Assembly: GCA_964016885.1 (NCBI GenBank) | Contig: OZ024742.1 | Span: 52,142,001 to 52,206,000 of the forward strand | Length of the DNA: 64,000 bases | Source: Eledone cirrhosa | Taxonomy: Eukaryota | Reading direction: 5' to 3' | In this document: piece after piece, positions 14,488-27,230 of the stretch | Layout of the letters: every line of letters starts with the position of its first letter | Position numbering within the stretch: position 1 is the stretch's first letter | Notes under the pieces: generated by a model | Seen by the model: only the letters and a program-made list of their open reading frames with translations | Database searches by the model: none | Told to the model about the DNA's origin: nothing | Made by a program: the position numbers and the translations under genes

Positions 14488-14616
14488 ATATAAATGAATA
14501 TATGAGGGATTAACATCTATACAATTATAGAAGTGTAACCTAGCTAACTTGGTCATTTGCAATCCGAACACATCTATAATTGTATAGATGTTCATCCCTC
14601 ATATATTCATTTATAT
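14488..14616. repeat. Inverted repeat, ~43-bp arms
   Basis: atataaatgaatatatgagggattaacatctatacaattatag ... ctataattgtatagatgttcatccctcatatattcatttatat. Confidence 0.9.
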
Positions 14617-14733
14617 AACACGGCTCAGAAATATTCCCTTCTTTGAGCTATCTAATTGTAAAAGACTATTCCGAGTTTATAACTCAATATTTGATATATA
14701 TATATATATATATATATATTTCTGATTACCTTT

Positions 14734-15321
<588 letters not shown>

Positions 15322-15345
15322 TTGTGAGGTTTTTTATATGAAAAC

Positions 15346-15526
15346 GTGTGTCGAAACAAATATTGTTATACTTGGGGATATAAAAGACACAGAAGCGATA
15401 TAAAAGCGATATAAAAGACACAGAAGCGAAAACCAACCAAACAGTGAGTGTGTTCTGTTATTAATTCTGACAATATTATTACACAAATATGACCCTGCCC
15501 AAGTATAACAATATTTGTTTCGACAC
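15346..15526. repeat. 29-bp inverted repeat, probable PLE terminus fragment; 15430-15512 recurs at ~20345-20425
   Basis: gtgtcgaaacaaatattgttatacttggg / cccaagtataacaatatttgtttcgacac. Confidence 0.8.
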
Positions 15527-16292
15527 ATAGTAAATATTTATGGGAACACTTTAATCAGTGAACAAGAACAACAAATCCTACAACTACCCCCAAAATTTGC
15601 CATTTACAAAAAGATTAACCCTATTGAGTGCAAAACGGAGCTGGAAAAGTGTTTCACAAAAATACTTTGGAATGCAAAAGTAAACAACAACAACACAATA
15701 ATAACGATAGTAGTAATATAAACAATAACTCTAAGTATAGAAATAACAGCTATAATAGTAATAGTCATAACAATAACAATAGCAGGAGAGTGAGAAATAG
15801 TAATAATGGTAATAATATTAACAACAACAACAACCACAATAATAATAATAATAGAAACATTAACTACAGACACAGCAACAGGGACCACAGTAGTAATAAG
15901 GGTAACAATACGAATAACAACAACAGCAACAACCACAGTGGTAATAATAGAAATAATATATGTAGCAGCGTTAATGATAGACACAACAAAAACAAGAAAC
16001 ATAATAAAAGTAACAACCACAATGGTAGAAATAACAGTAACAACAACAATAACGGTGGAGAAAACAACAACAATACATCTAACAATCACAGCAACAAAAC
16101 ATCTAGCAATCATAACAACAATACATCTAACAATCACAGCAACAATACATCTAGCAATCATAACAATAATAATAATGCTAATGATAGGAACAACAACCAC
16201 CACCATAATAACAATAATAACAACACACACAACTATGACGATAGATATAATGACAACCTCTTAATGACAACCCAGCTGACAAAACATATAAT

Positions 16293-17957
16293 ATGGGTAA
16301 TATCTATCCTACGAGGTTACCCTTTAATAAAAGAGTTTGCATACCACAACAAATAGATAACGAGACAGAGGCACAGTTCACCATAGCTAGAAATAAGATT
16401 AGACAAATAGTAGACCGGTATACTAAGAGACAGAGAAGACCAGAAGTCCAACAACTTGGGAGGAAACCTGTAGAAGGCTTGGTTAGCCTCAAGCAGCGCA
16501 CACGGGATGGTGAGGTAGTAAGTCTACCCACGGATAAGTCTGGTAGAATGTCAATAGAGAGCATGCCGAACTACATCAAGGCAATGCAACCCCACATCAC
16601 CAACACGAGCAAAATTGCACAGCAAATACATGATGGGAGAGAGAAAATCCTCAACGCTTACATGATGATGTGGACTGACATCCTAAAGCCAAGCAGACGC
16701 ACTGCCAACAACTTCCAGGCGTCCAACAATGGCATATCACCCTCGTATGGGCTCCTCAAAGACCATAAGACAGTCGACGACCCGACAACAGGACCACCAA
16801 CAAGACCTGTATGCGGAGCAAATATAGCGAGCAACTACTGGATCTCCTACTTCCTCTCAATGGTTATACGCCCCATAATCAAGATATCCCCAGATGTATG
16901 TGACAGTACACAGGACATCCTCAGCAGAATCAGTGAGTGCAACAAAAACAGGAACCTATCCAACTGCATAATAGGCAGTATGGATGTGGTATCACTGTAC
17001 CCATCCATTAACATTGATTTTGCTCTGGAAAAATGTGTGGAGATGATCATTGAGAGTGAGGTGGAGTTCTGCGACGTCGACACAGACGAACTGGGCCTCC
17101 TACTTAGACTTGCCTACGACACTGACTACCTAGACAGCCATGACCTTAGACGTTTCTGCCCCAGTAGACCCATACGAGCTAGACCCCCAACCATAACCTC
17201 AATGGCAATAAAGACTCCCATGGGAAGGTGGATTGGGTGGACCAGAGCTATACGGACACCCCAAAACAATGATCAGGTAAAAAAAATGGTCGCACATGCA
17301 ATAGGGGCTAGTATCAAAACTACTCTAAAGAGCCACATATTCAAGTTCAACGAGAAGATCTACACCCAAAATGAGGGAGCAGCCATTGGCGTCAGCATAG
17401 CTGGTGACGTTGCCAACCTTTTTATGGTATGGTGGGAAAGGAGACTCAAAGATCTCCTTGATGAGAGCTCCATAGACCTCATCATGTACTCTCGTTACGT
17501 AGACGACATCAATATAGTAATAAGGACATCCCCACAAGAGAGCACTAACAAGTTTGATGTAGAACGTAGCACAATGGAAAGCATCCAGCAGATAGCTAAT
17601 TCCTTACACCAGAGTATAACTGTAACTATCGACTACCCTTCCAAACACGCTAACAATAGACTACCTGTATTAGACACGGAACTCTGGATTAATACTATAG
17701 ACGAGAGAGCCCAAATTCTCCACTCACACTATGCTAAACCCATGGCCTCCAAATACCTGATACTCAAAGTCTCAGCAATGTCCAGTAGTGCTAAGTTTAA
17801 TATTCTGATCGCAGACTTGGTACGAGTGATGAAGAACGTGTCCCGCATGTGCGACCCAACAGAAATGGAAAGACACATCCAACACTTCATCAACCGCATG
17901 CAGTTCTCTGGCTACAACCAAAGAGACAGAATCAGAGTATACGAAGGAGCCACGTAG
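16293..17957 (+). CDS. PLE reverse transcriptase (largest uninterrupted segment)
   Basis: 554-aa ORF with the RT motifs including YVDD; part of a disrupted longer ORF. Confidence 0.9.
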   Translation: MGNIYPTRLPFNKRVCIPQQIDNETEAQFTIARNKIRQIVDRYTKRQRRPEVQQLGRKPVEGLVSLKQRTRDGEVVSLPTDKSGRMSIESMPNYIKAMQPHITNTSKIAQQIHDGREKILNAYMMMWTDILKPSRRTANNFQASNNGISPSYGLLKDHKTVDDPTTGPPTRPVCGANIASNYWISYFLSMVIRPIIKISPDVCDSTQDILSRISECNKNRNLSNCIIGSMDVVSLYPSINIDFALEKCVEMIIESEVEFCDVDTDELGLLLRLAYDTDYLDSHDLRRFCPSRPIRARPPTITSMAIKTPMGRWIGWTRAIRTPQNNDQVKKMVAHAIGASIKTTLKSHIFKFNEKIYTQNEGAAIGVSIAGDVANLFMVWWERRLKDLLDESSIDLIMYSRYVDDINIVIRTSPQESTNKFDVERSTMESIQQIANSLHQSITVTIDYPSKHANNRLPVLDTELWINTIDERAQILHSHYAKPMASKYLILKVSAMSSSAKFNILIADLVRVMKNVSRMCDPTEMERHIQHFINRMQFSGYNQRDRIRVYEGAT

Positions 17958-17984
17958 AAGTATAAGACCCTCATAGAACTGGAC

Positions 17985-18654
17985 ATGAAAGGAATTTGCC
18001 CATTATACAGGAGCAAATCATGGAATAGCTTAGATAGGACTAGACATAAGATAGGGAAAGCCACCTCATGGTACGGCAACCAGAGATACCATAGTGTCAT
18101 GTTTGTGGACGCTACCCCTGGAGGGAAATTAGCTAACCAGTGTAGAAAGGTCCTGAGAAAGACCCACTTAAAGATTAAGGTGGTAGAAAAGCCAGGAACC
18201 AACATAAAATCCCTGATCAGCAAAACCTAACCTTTTAAGAAAACCCACTGTACTAATAGGAAATATATCATATGTAGAGTAAACCCGGATAAACTGTAAA
18301 ACTAGAAACGTAGTCAATAGCATAAGATGTACAGAGGGTACTTGCAGAAACATGACAACAACATACATAGGCGAGACAGCTCGTAGCATAGGTGAAAGGA
18401 TAGACCAAAACTGGGAGGAACTAAAAGGACGAAAAAACGTTTCAGTATTATACGAACATGCCAGACAACAACACAACGGTAACATAGACAACATAGAAGT
18501 TAGAATAATATCTAAACATAGACATGACCCAGCAGATAGGCAAATCAGAGAGACCAGCGAAATAGAACTTAGAAGGCCAAGGCTAAACAGAAAAAATGAA
18601 TGGAATAACAACAACACCCAAACAAACAACACTGACATAAGAGAATATAAATAA
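17985..18654 (+). pseudogene. PLE linker, Zn-finger and GIY-YIG endonuclease
   Basis: VMFVDATPGGKLA..KVVEKPG, Cys cluster, YIGETARS. Confidence 0.88.
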
Positions 18655-18905
18655 ATAATTAAATAAATAAATAAATAAATACATACACAAGCACAATAAC
18701 AACAAACACATATAAACATGCACTAGTAAACTAAGATAGAATACATTAACCAATACAGTCACCCAAACAAGAACACACATCAAACAAAACACTATACACA
18801 CACGCAAACGCATGCGCAGAGAAGACAAAAAAAAAACAAATAAATAAATAAATAAACAGACTAAATAAAGATGGCGTAAGCATACAATGCAACGGAGGAA
18901 ACATA

Positions 18906-18959
18906 ATAGCACTACTGACGATGTTACAGATGTGCAACGAAAGAACTTTGATAGGCTAT
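18906..18959 (+). ncRNA. Hammerhead-like motif at PLE 3' end (imperfect)
   Basis: atagcacta-CTGACGA-tgttacagatgtgcaac-GAAA-gaactttga-taggctat. Stems I and II pair, but the cleavage junction is non-canonical. Confidence 0.55.
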
Positions 18960-19119
18960 ATATATGTGTTTGTGTGTATATTATTTTTTACTTAAACAGT
19001 TTTTTGTTGTTGCTTTTGTTGTTTTTGCCATTTAAAACTGTTAAGAGAAGTAAATTGTGAAATAAGCAATACATATTTCTATAAATGTTATATATATGTA
19101 TGAAATGAAAGAATGGTAT

Positions 19120-20235
19120 TTAACTAATGTAATGGTACGCGATGGGGCCCACCCACAGCACGGCGGACAGAATGGAGAAGGCGTTTCCCCGGAGGACGGC
19201 AAGGGAGACGCGCTGGAAAAGCCACTCCCGGGGCCAGCTCAGCGCCTATGGTGGTGAGTAAGGAGGTAGCCCTGGGGCCGAGGACACCAGAAGTTTCCAC
19301 TGCCAGGGGAAAGACCGCAAACCTGTCGGAGAGCGACCGGTATTTGAGGAGTTTGGCCCACTCAGCCGGACGTGCAGCAGAAGCTGGGTCAGTCGCAGAC
19401 TGCACCAGGTTGCGGCTGCAGAAAGTGTCGGTGCAACTGGTATCCCAGACGAGGTGTTTGCCACCGCGGAACGGGAAGATGGTCATGCCATCTGGCCTTT
19501 TGCTGTCCCTTCGATCCAGCCCCACCAGCACGAGCTGGGAAGGGAAGCCTGCAGCGTCCAAGCCATGCTTAATAACCTCGTTGAGGGCAGTATGGCGTGG
19601 AATGCGGCCGGCACTGTGGCGACAGGAAAGCTGGTTGAGGCCGAAAGAGTCCAAGGTGGAACCGCAGCGACATTGGTGTGGCTGGCAGATCCGGACGCCG
19701 AGCCTCAGGGAAACGCCGATTCGCAGGCTATGATTGTCTAGCTGCGTGCCAGTGGAGAAGGAGGTTAGGCCATGGAGCCAGGCACCACTGTGGGGTTTGG
19801 AGGCCGCACGAAAACAAGCAAGGCGGTGCTGGTCGAGCTGGCGCGTGAAACTGTCTGAGGCCAGGCTGCACTGGATGGCATCCCAAGTGCGTTGGGGGGA
19901 CTTGACATCAACAGGGGAGAAGGAGGAGGGACGTCTACTGTGCTAAGTCCGAGCCGGTCACACGTCTCACAGGCTGCCTCACGTTCTCTGAACACAGAGG
20001 GTTCTGTTGTGTTTTGAAGAACCCTGCTGACGAGGACGCGGCACGAGGTTACCGACGAAAGATAAGCCGGCAAAGTTAGTGAGATCGGGGACCGGAGGCC
20101 TAGGCCGCCACACCTGACCGGTAAAGTGGCCTGTTGCCACCCTATGTCGTCAAACTTGACGTTGCATATCCCCTCGGCTGCTTCTCGGATACATGTATCG
20201 AGGTCAGCGAGGAGAGATGTCTGGGTGTAGCATTA
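19120..20235 (-). mobile_element. CRE-clade non-LTR retrotransposon 3' fragment (GC-rich)
   Basis: QATLPVRCGGLGLRS..PAYLSS, SGAWL, CCHC knuckle CRCG..SCRHSAGRIPRH, and restriction-like endonuclease KRPDG..LVWD..PLAVETSGVLG. Confidence 0.85.
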
Positions 20236-20444
20236 GCGCTAAGGAGTGTATATATTGTATCTATATTTTTGACCCTTGGTCAGTCAATGATAACATTGAG
20301 GACCGAATAAATTAAATTAACCGATATAAAAGAAACAAGCTAAAAACAACCAAACAGTAAGTCTGTTCTGTTATTGATTCTGGCAATATTATTACACAAA
20401 TATGACTCTCCCCAAGTATAACAATATATATATATATATATATA

Positions 20445-21061
20445 TATTTAAGTATGTACACGTACATACATATATGTATACAGACGTACAGTAGTATGTA
20501 TATATATATATATATACATACATGCACACATATATATATATGTACGTATAGATTCACCGAACATTTATTATAATGCTCGGTGTGTTTTTAAACAAACATC
20601 CCGTATTAAGCCGTAGTGTCTGGGCAACCATCGTTGCTCGTTTGTTCAACACTGAAAAAGGAACGCTGTACTAGTTTTAAGCTTATTAGTTATCGTCAGC
20701 AACGTATACCTTCCTGCCAGATGGTTGAACGTATATACTTACCTTATGCATATTAACGGCTGAGTAGCCCAATTTGCATATCGAGTTGGTTAATCGGCCG
20801 GGTGCACCGAAAACGATAAACGGAAAAAATGAAACGAAATTTAACTTCCCACTCTTAGTACGGCTGTTACTTAAATATAAGTATGTATACGTACATACAT
20901 ATATGTATACAGACGTACAGTAGTATGTATATATATATATACATACATGCACACATATATATGCGTACGTCTGTATACATATATGTATGTACGTGTACGT
21001 ACTTATATTTAAGTAACAGTCGCACTAAGTGTGGGAAATGAAATTTCGTTTCATTTTTTCC

Positions 21062-21065
<4 letters not shown>
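20445..21065 (-). mobile_element. Diverged copy of the ~500-nt HHR repeat with short inverted segment (20966-21065)
   Basis: Homologous throughout to 59236-59780; HHR at 20664-20704 has GAAA mutated to AAAA. Confidence 0.85.
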
Positions 21066-21101
<36 letters not shown>

Positions 21102-22586
21102 GGATCTAACTGTTAGATCTATCTGTCGAAACGTCCGGGGCTCAGCCGTTGGAGTCCTGACTTTTTTCCTATATATAAATATATATATATATGTGTGTGT
21201 GTGCATGTGTATGTGTGTGTGGTGTGTGTGTGTGTGTTTGTGTGTGTGTATGTGTGTGTGTGTGTGTGTGCATGTTTGTATGCGTGCATGCGTGTGTATG
21301 AAACTAATTGTTTAATTATTTCTCAACAAACCTACACTTATTCCGTCTGTATAACTATCTATATTTTTATATATTTGTATATATCTACACCACTCTAACT
21401 ATCTAGCTATATAACTCATATTTTTTTAACTTGCTGATGAAATATGTCATATTGATTATAATATAGACACAAGTCCGTTATTTGAGAAAAGAGCTATAAT
21501 CGATGATATCAGCCCTAGTACTTGATGGGTACTTTTTTATCGACCCTCACTACAGGGAGAATTAAAAATGACATCTGAATATATGTATGCATAAATAATT
21601 ACTACATAGCATATGTTTGTTCGACACTCTATTGATCTAACAACCCACAGCACTATGTTGATATGAAAGACATTGTCAAGAGAAAAATCGACTTTTTACT
21701 GCAAATATTTTGCGTATCAATAAAGTTTAAGCTGGTAGTTCACATCATGCCAAATATTACAAATTAGATTCATTACAGTTTTATTTGAAGCCTACAAGTT
21801 CATAAATAATTACAAAATTGCTGAGAGGACAGCACTTCCTGCAAAGGGTTTAGATTTAGATTTATTTATTTATTTCTGAGCGAGTTTGAATTCTCTGGTA
21901 ATAAAATATAATGGTTTAGGAATAATTTGCTTGACCATAGATTTCTATCAAAAATAGAACCAAAATAGAATTGATGTCAAAGAATTATGACCATTGAAGT
22001 GGTGGAGGTGGGGGCAGTTCACTTATGATACGTGCGTATAGGAGGCTAGTTTAAAACTCAATTTCCCAGTCGCCAACATAATGCCAAACAAAAGATAAAA
22101 CGGAATACACTAATGTTTTATACGCCCCTTTTATGTTTACGCATTAAAGTTATTCTATTTTCCTTTCACATTGTTCTTCTCAAACCATTCAATATCTACT
22201 AGAATTCAGTCTTTGATTTTCGACAAAATTATAACCTTCGGATATCAGATATCTTTCATAATTTCAGCCATTCCGTTTTTATTTGTTGTTCTTCCTGTTT
22301 TTCTTAAGCCATCTCTTTTGTGTGTGAATGGAAATTGAAGTAATGTTTTTTGATTTTTTTTTACTCCCATATAAATAGCCAAACAATTTATTTTATTTTA
22401 TTCTTTATCTCTTTACAATCAGTACTTATTTCGGTGAATCATCTCTTTTGTTTCATTGGGTGTCATGTCGAAAAGTGTATATATTTCTAGGTATGAATCT
22501 GTATATAAGTATGGAAATAATATTTTTATTTCTTGTGTAATCTATTGTTGTAAACGTTAATAACTGAATGCATGGGTTATATATAC

Positions 22587-22625
<39 letters not shown>

Positions 22626-22674
22626 TGCGTGTGAGAGAGAGAGAATGTGTGTACTTAGACACATACATAAATAC

Positions 22675-22716
<42 letters not shown>

Positions 22717-22869
22717 ATATATATGTGTGTGTGTGTGTGTATGTGTGCGTGTGTGCATGTTTGTGCGTGTGTAATATGTACATCTATGGAATAAATCTAC
22801 TTTTTTCATTCGTATATTCAGGTATTTCTATTTATTTCTAAAGCAACTAGTAATTTAGAAATTACTGCC

Positions 22870-23110
22870 TACGCAACGGTCACCGTCGAGACCTCAGGGT
22901 TCCTGAAACCCCATACTGCTGAGCTATTCCTTAAAATCGGATCATCAGCAGCCCGTTTGATGAAGGAACCGCGCGTGATGGGTGGCTGTTGCAGTGCGTG
23001 TTGCTGGCCATTGTCCGCCTTTGCAGCTCCACCCGCGTGGCGCAGCCAAAATACCACCCGCCCAAGTGGTATACAACCTATCCCGCTCTCCTCTTCCCCT
23101 TGCTTCCGTG
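22870..23110 (+). mobile_element. Second CRE-like 3' fragment
   Basis: VTVETSGFLKPHTAELFLKIG..KEPR..WLLQCVLLAIVR parallels AVETSGVLGPRATSLLTTIG of the 19-kb element. Confidence 0.7.
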
Positions 23111-23693
23111 GCTTCAGACTCCTTGCTTTTTCCCTCCTTTTCTTATATATGGCATTTATAACCCTTTCTCCTACTTTTCTATACAGCCTTTCGTTTTTCT
23201 TTTGTCTTCTTTTTCTTTCATATTTCCATCAATATTTGTAATGTTATTTATACAACTGTGAATTGATTTATTGTCTGTAATTTTATTGTTCAAATCTTAT
23301 CCAAACTTTCTTCAATTTACGTAAATTTCCAACAAACTTTAGGAATGTAAAAACGCATAGCTTTACATCTCTACCATACTAAAAAATCTAGCTCTTGCCT
23401 TCGTTTTTATAATCTTCCTGCATGTTTTCTATTTAATTTGTTTTGTTTTAGAGCAGAGGTTCTTAAACTTTAAGGTATACCGCCCCCTCCCCCACGGCCA
23501 CATACTCTCAGCACCCCCCCACAACCCTATGTCCAGAGAGACCTACCTACACACAAATTTTAAATAATATATAATAAATAAAATCGTTAATTTATATATA
23601 ATAAATAATATAATATATACTATGTATATATAAATATAATATATTTGTTTATCCTACTATATTTATATATATGTATCATTTGATATTTAATAT

Positions 23694-23880
23694 AATTGTT
23701 TCTTCTTTTGGCACAAGGCCAGCAATTAACCAGTGCATTACTGGTACTTTATTTTATCGACTCCGTAAGGATGAAAAGCAAAGTTAACCTCGGCGGGATT
23801 TGAATTCAGAATGGCAAGGGCCGTAACTCTATGCGTCAAAGCATGGCATCCGACCCTCTACTGATACTGACAATCCACCA
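23694..23880 (-). mobile_element. Full-length SINE
   Basis: Reverse complement of the consensus. Confidence 0.9.
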
Positions 23881-23896
23881 ATATTATATCATCTCA

Positions 23897-24085
23897 AGGG
23901 CGGTGGATTGGCAGTATCGGTAGAGGGTCGGATGCCATGCTTTAACGCATATAATTACGGCCCTTTCCATTCTGAATTCAAATCCCGCCGAGGTTAACTT
24001 TGCCTTTCATCCTTATGGGGTCGATAAAATAAGGTACCAGTAATGTACTGGGTAATTGCTGGCCTTGTACCAAAAGTAGAAACAA
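23897..24085 (+). mobile_element. Full-length SINE with 16-bp TSD
   Basis: TSD aatattatatcatctc at 23880-23895 and 24083-24098. Confidence 0.92.
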
Positions 24086-24403
24086 TATTATATCATCTCT
24101 ACTGCCTCCTGGACTTTCTCAACGCTCCATGAGGGGCGGAAGCGCCCACTTTGAGAACCTCTGTTGTAGATGAAGCTGTGTAGCATTTTTTCAACCTCTG
24201 ATCAAGCAAGCAAGCAATATGTACAGTAACAAGAGATTTTTGATAAGTATGTAGAATTTTTAAAAACTGATATCCAATCAGCTACTCTATAATTGGTTAA
24301 TTATATTGATATGAAAATAGAAAGTTATCTGTCTGTATGTAACATTAATATATTTATCGTGCAGGTTTGATAGGTATCCAATAGTTTGACTTTCTAATTA
24401 GAA

Positions 24404-24410
24404 TACTAGC

Positions 24411-24484
<74 letters not shown>

Positions 24485-24549
24485 AAGTAGTAGTAGTAGT
24501 TGTAGTAGCAGTATTAGTAGTAGTAGCAGCAGCGGTAGTAGTAGAAGTT

Positions 24550-24580
<31 letters not shown>

Positions 24581-24597
24581 CAGCAGCAGCAGCAGCT
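24404..24597. repeat. (AGT)n/(AGC)n microsatellite
   Basis: Visible trinucleotide run. Confidence 0.95.
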
Positions 24598-24696
24598 GTT
24601 TTTGTCTCGATATGAAATTGTCAACAGAGCAAACAGTCACATATAACAGCCTCATCCCAAAACAATGAAAATCGTACAGAATCTATTTTAGTTTTA

Positions 24697-24812
24697 ATAA
24701 TTGTATCTTACGTTTGGCACAAGGCCAGGAATTATGCCAGTGCGTCACTGGTACTTTATTTGATCGACCCCCTAAGGATGAATAGCAAAGTTAACCTCGG
24801 TGGGATTTGAAG
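24697..24812 (-). mobile_element. Truncated SINE
   Basis: ggcacaaggccag..ctggtactttatttgatcgacccc..aaagttaacctcgg. Confidence 0.85.
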
Positions 24813-26769
24813 TTTTAATAATAATTTTAGTTTTAATAATAGAGATAAACATGTCAAATATTTACTTATTCTGGATATTCCTATATTCCATACCTACTTG
24901 ACGGCCTAACCATAGGCCTATGGAAACAACCCAAATCTCACATAGAATTTCAAGTTGCAATGAATTTCTATTAAGGAACCGTTGCAATACATCTTAAAGA
25001 GCCAAGTTTAGATATCTATATAAATTTCAAATATTATGACAAGATAATATTTATTAGAAACATTTTACTTGGTTGCTATCACATCTTAAAGATTTTACAG
25101 TTAATATATCATAATTATCCTCTATCTGAATTCATCCCTGCAATTATACTTAGTTTTATCTCACTTTATTCTATATCTGTTTATAATGTATTTACAAATA
25201 TAATGGAATGGTGTGGAATAGTACATTTCTGATATAATAAATGCCGATGAATTTATACAGGGACACATAATGTCTGGTGGTGTTCTAGAGGAGCCGTAGT
25301 GTAGTGACATGACTTTGGCATTTTAAACCTGGCAACGCCCATCCACTTTCCAGGTCTTAAAGCAGTTGATTACTTCCAAAGGAGAAAAAGAGTTATAGAG
25401 AAGTGGTGATAAAATGTTATAGGAGACGAAACAACCTCCATACTTGATTGGTACTTGTTTATGGACCTCAAAAGGTCGATAGTCAAAGGAGAACTCGGCA
25501 GGATTTGAACACAGATGGCAGATAGCCAGAACAAATACCGCAACGCATTCTATTAAACATCACCTGAAAAACCTTTGATATCAGCACTAAATTACTTTTC
25601 GTAAAATACATGCAGGTATCAGTTACAATACCAATTGCACTGAAGTATGATAATGATAACATCCAATATGCCATAATCATCAATTACTGGAATATATTTT
25701 TTGTAATATTAAACATCATAAATTTGAAAAAGAAAACTATATGCCAAGAAGCATTGAGTAATTTCTGTCGAATTAGCTTTTCTATTCCAATTGAATTATA
25801 TTTTTCTTCGTTCATATTCAATATATATTCAGCTAGACATAATGTTAAAGCAATATACCCTGTTTAAATACATGTACGCTATTCATATAATGATATTCAT
25901 TGCTGAAGAAGGAACTTTTCCAAAGATAGTTGCATGTTTTAAACCAGCAAGTGTGTTGTGTTATTTTAGTCACACAATTTTCTTTTGTAATTAATTCCTT
26001 GATGGCATCTGTAGTCAAAGCGAAAGAACGCCTCCTCACATTTATGCATCTAATAAACTTCATTCTGAAATTTTAAAAGAATATTTTTAAAATTATAGAA
26101 CAGCGGTATAGTAGTTAATAATTAAGGAAGGTCATTCCAATATGTGCAAATAATTGCATAATTTACATATATCTACATATCTCTCTTATCCTACTCATGC
26201 TTTTATCTCACTTTATCTTCGGTAATTTATCTAGAATAAATTAACGATTTTTCTCTATCGGCCGATTTGTTAAAAGGTATAATAACTAAATAACCCAATA
26301 AATTATACGATAAGCTAACAGTTGAGAATTAATTAATTGATATTTAATGTCCTAATATAGCTATGCTTTAAAACTACATATCAACATTATTAGTATGGAT
26401 AACACCAGTTAGTTTCATTAATACCACGCCTGTATTTATTGAGATGTTTACAAAGATATAGCCTATGCAGTAATTTCATTAAAGCTGTATATATGATAAA
26501 ACCTGTAAGAACAGATATGCGGCAGAATATATTACATATTTTGCGATTCAATTATTCATGGATTATATTTAAATATTTGCATATCTTAAATATTGACTGA
26601 TTTCTAACTTAGTTTTATAAAGCCTATTTCATAGTAAACAAAATATTTTTTTCGTTTCTATTTCTCTTCATTTTTTTTATTTTTCGGCTCCTTAGAGAAC
26701 TGTTAGATAATGGTGGCTAACATTATTCGTCGCAGCTTTACGTTAACTACAGAAAGGAAAGCAGGTGTA

Positions 26770-27230
26770 GGGAGGAGATTTCAATGGATCAATATTCTTA
26801 GGTGTAGATGACTAGGTGTAGGAGTTCGTGTGTAGTCAGAGGATGGTTAAAGTATGGGTGAAAGAAAGAAAACACAACAAAATCTGAAGAGTCTGGGATG
26901 ATTTGGTGATTTGGTTGGATAGAAGACAGTTCCGTCTCTGGGTGGATGTGGTAGGACACACGCCAGCTCCGTCTCCTGGGTAATGTGGTAGGAAACAAGC
27001 CAGCTCATTGGATTTCATAGCGTTTCGGTAATGGTAGAAGAGCGGACACAATACATCTGGGGTACAATGATATTTCGTTGTTGGAGAGTGAATTCATGTC
27101 AATCAGTTGAATGATCTGTCATTACATGTGCTCTACTTTGTCTCTGCATTTAGCAGTAAGCGTTCTCGCCTTCCAGTTATAGAAGCAGAGCTTCATATTG
27201 GAGCTGACGCTTTGGAGAGGATTATTAGAG
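26770..27230 (-). pseudogene. Possible decayed LINE APE-endonuclease fragment
   Basis: Higher-complexity stretch with MKLCFYN and GDGAGV-like motifs; weak. Confidence 0.3.

Larger units (their letters stand above)
15515..18960 (+). mobile_element. Near full-length Penelope-like retroelement (probably Naiad clade), disrupted
   Basis: N-terminal LQLPPKF motif, Asn-rich tract, RT (PTDKSG, YGLLKDHK, TRPVCG, MDVVSLYPSI, GAAIG, RYVDD), GIY-YIG (YIGETARSIGERI..HARQQH..RQIRE), then 3'UTR and HHR-like motif. Stops at 17955 and 18228 plus frameshifts. Confidence 0.92.
23454..24163. mobile_element. hAT (Charlie-like) MITE containing two SINEs
   Basis: TIRs cagaggttcttaaa / tttgagaacctctg, with imperfect 8-bp TSD ttttagag / ttgtagat (central TAGA). 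Confidence 0.8.

Noticed and set aside
15604-16264. Val/Ile-rich and Thr/Ile-rich membrane- or mucin-like ORFs
   Set aside because: Alternative frames and antisense of the AAC/AAT tract.
18228-18350. Selenocysteine (in-frame TGA) recoding, as reported for some Naiad PLEs
   Set aside because: Cys positions in the Zn-finger/GIY-YIG region read TGT or TGC. The interrupting stops are TAG (17955) and TAA (18228), consistent with ordinary decay.
23897-23990. tRNA gene
   Set aside because: The A and B boxes belong to the SINE head; no cloverleaf.
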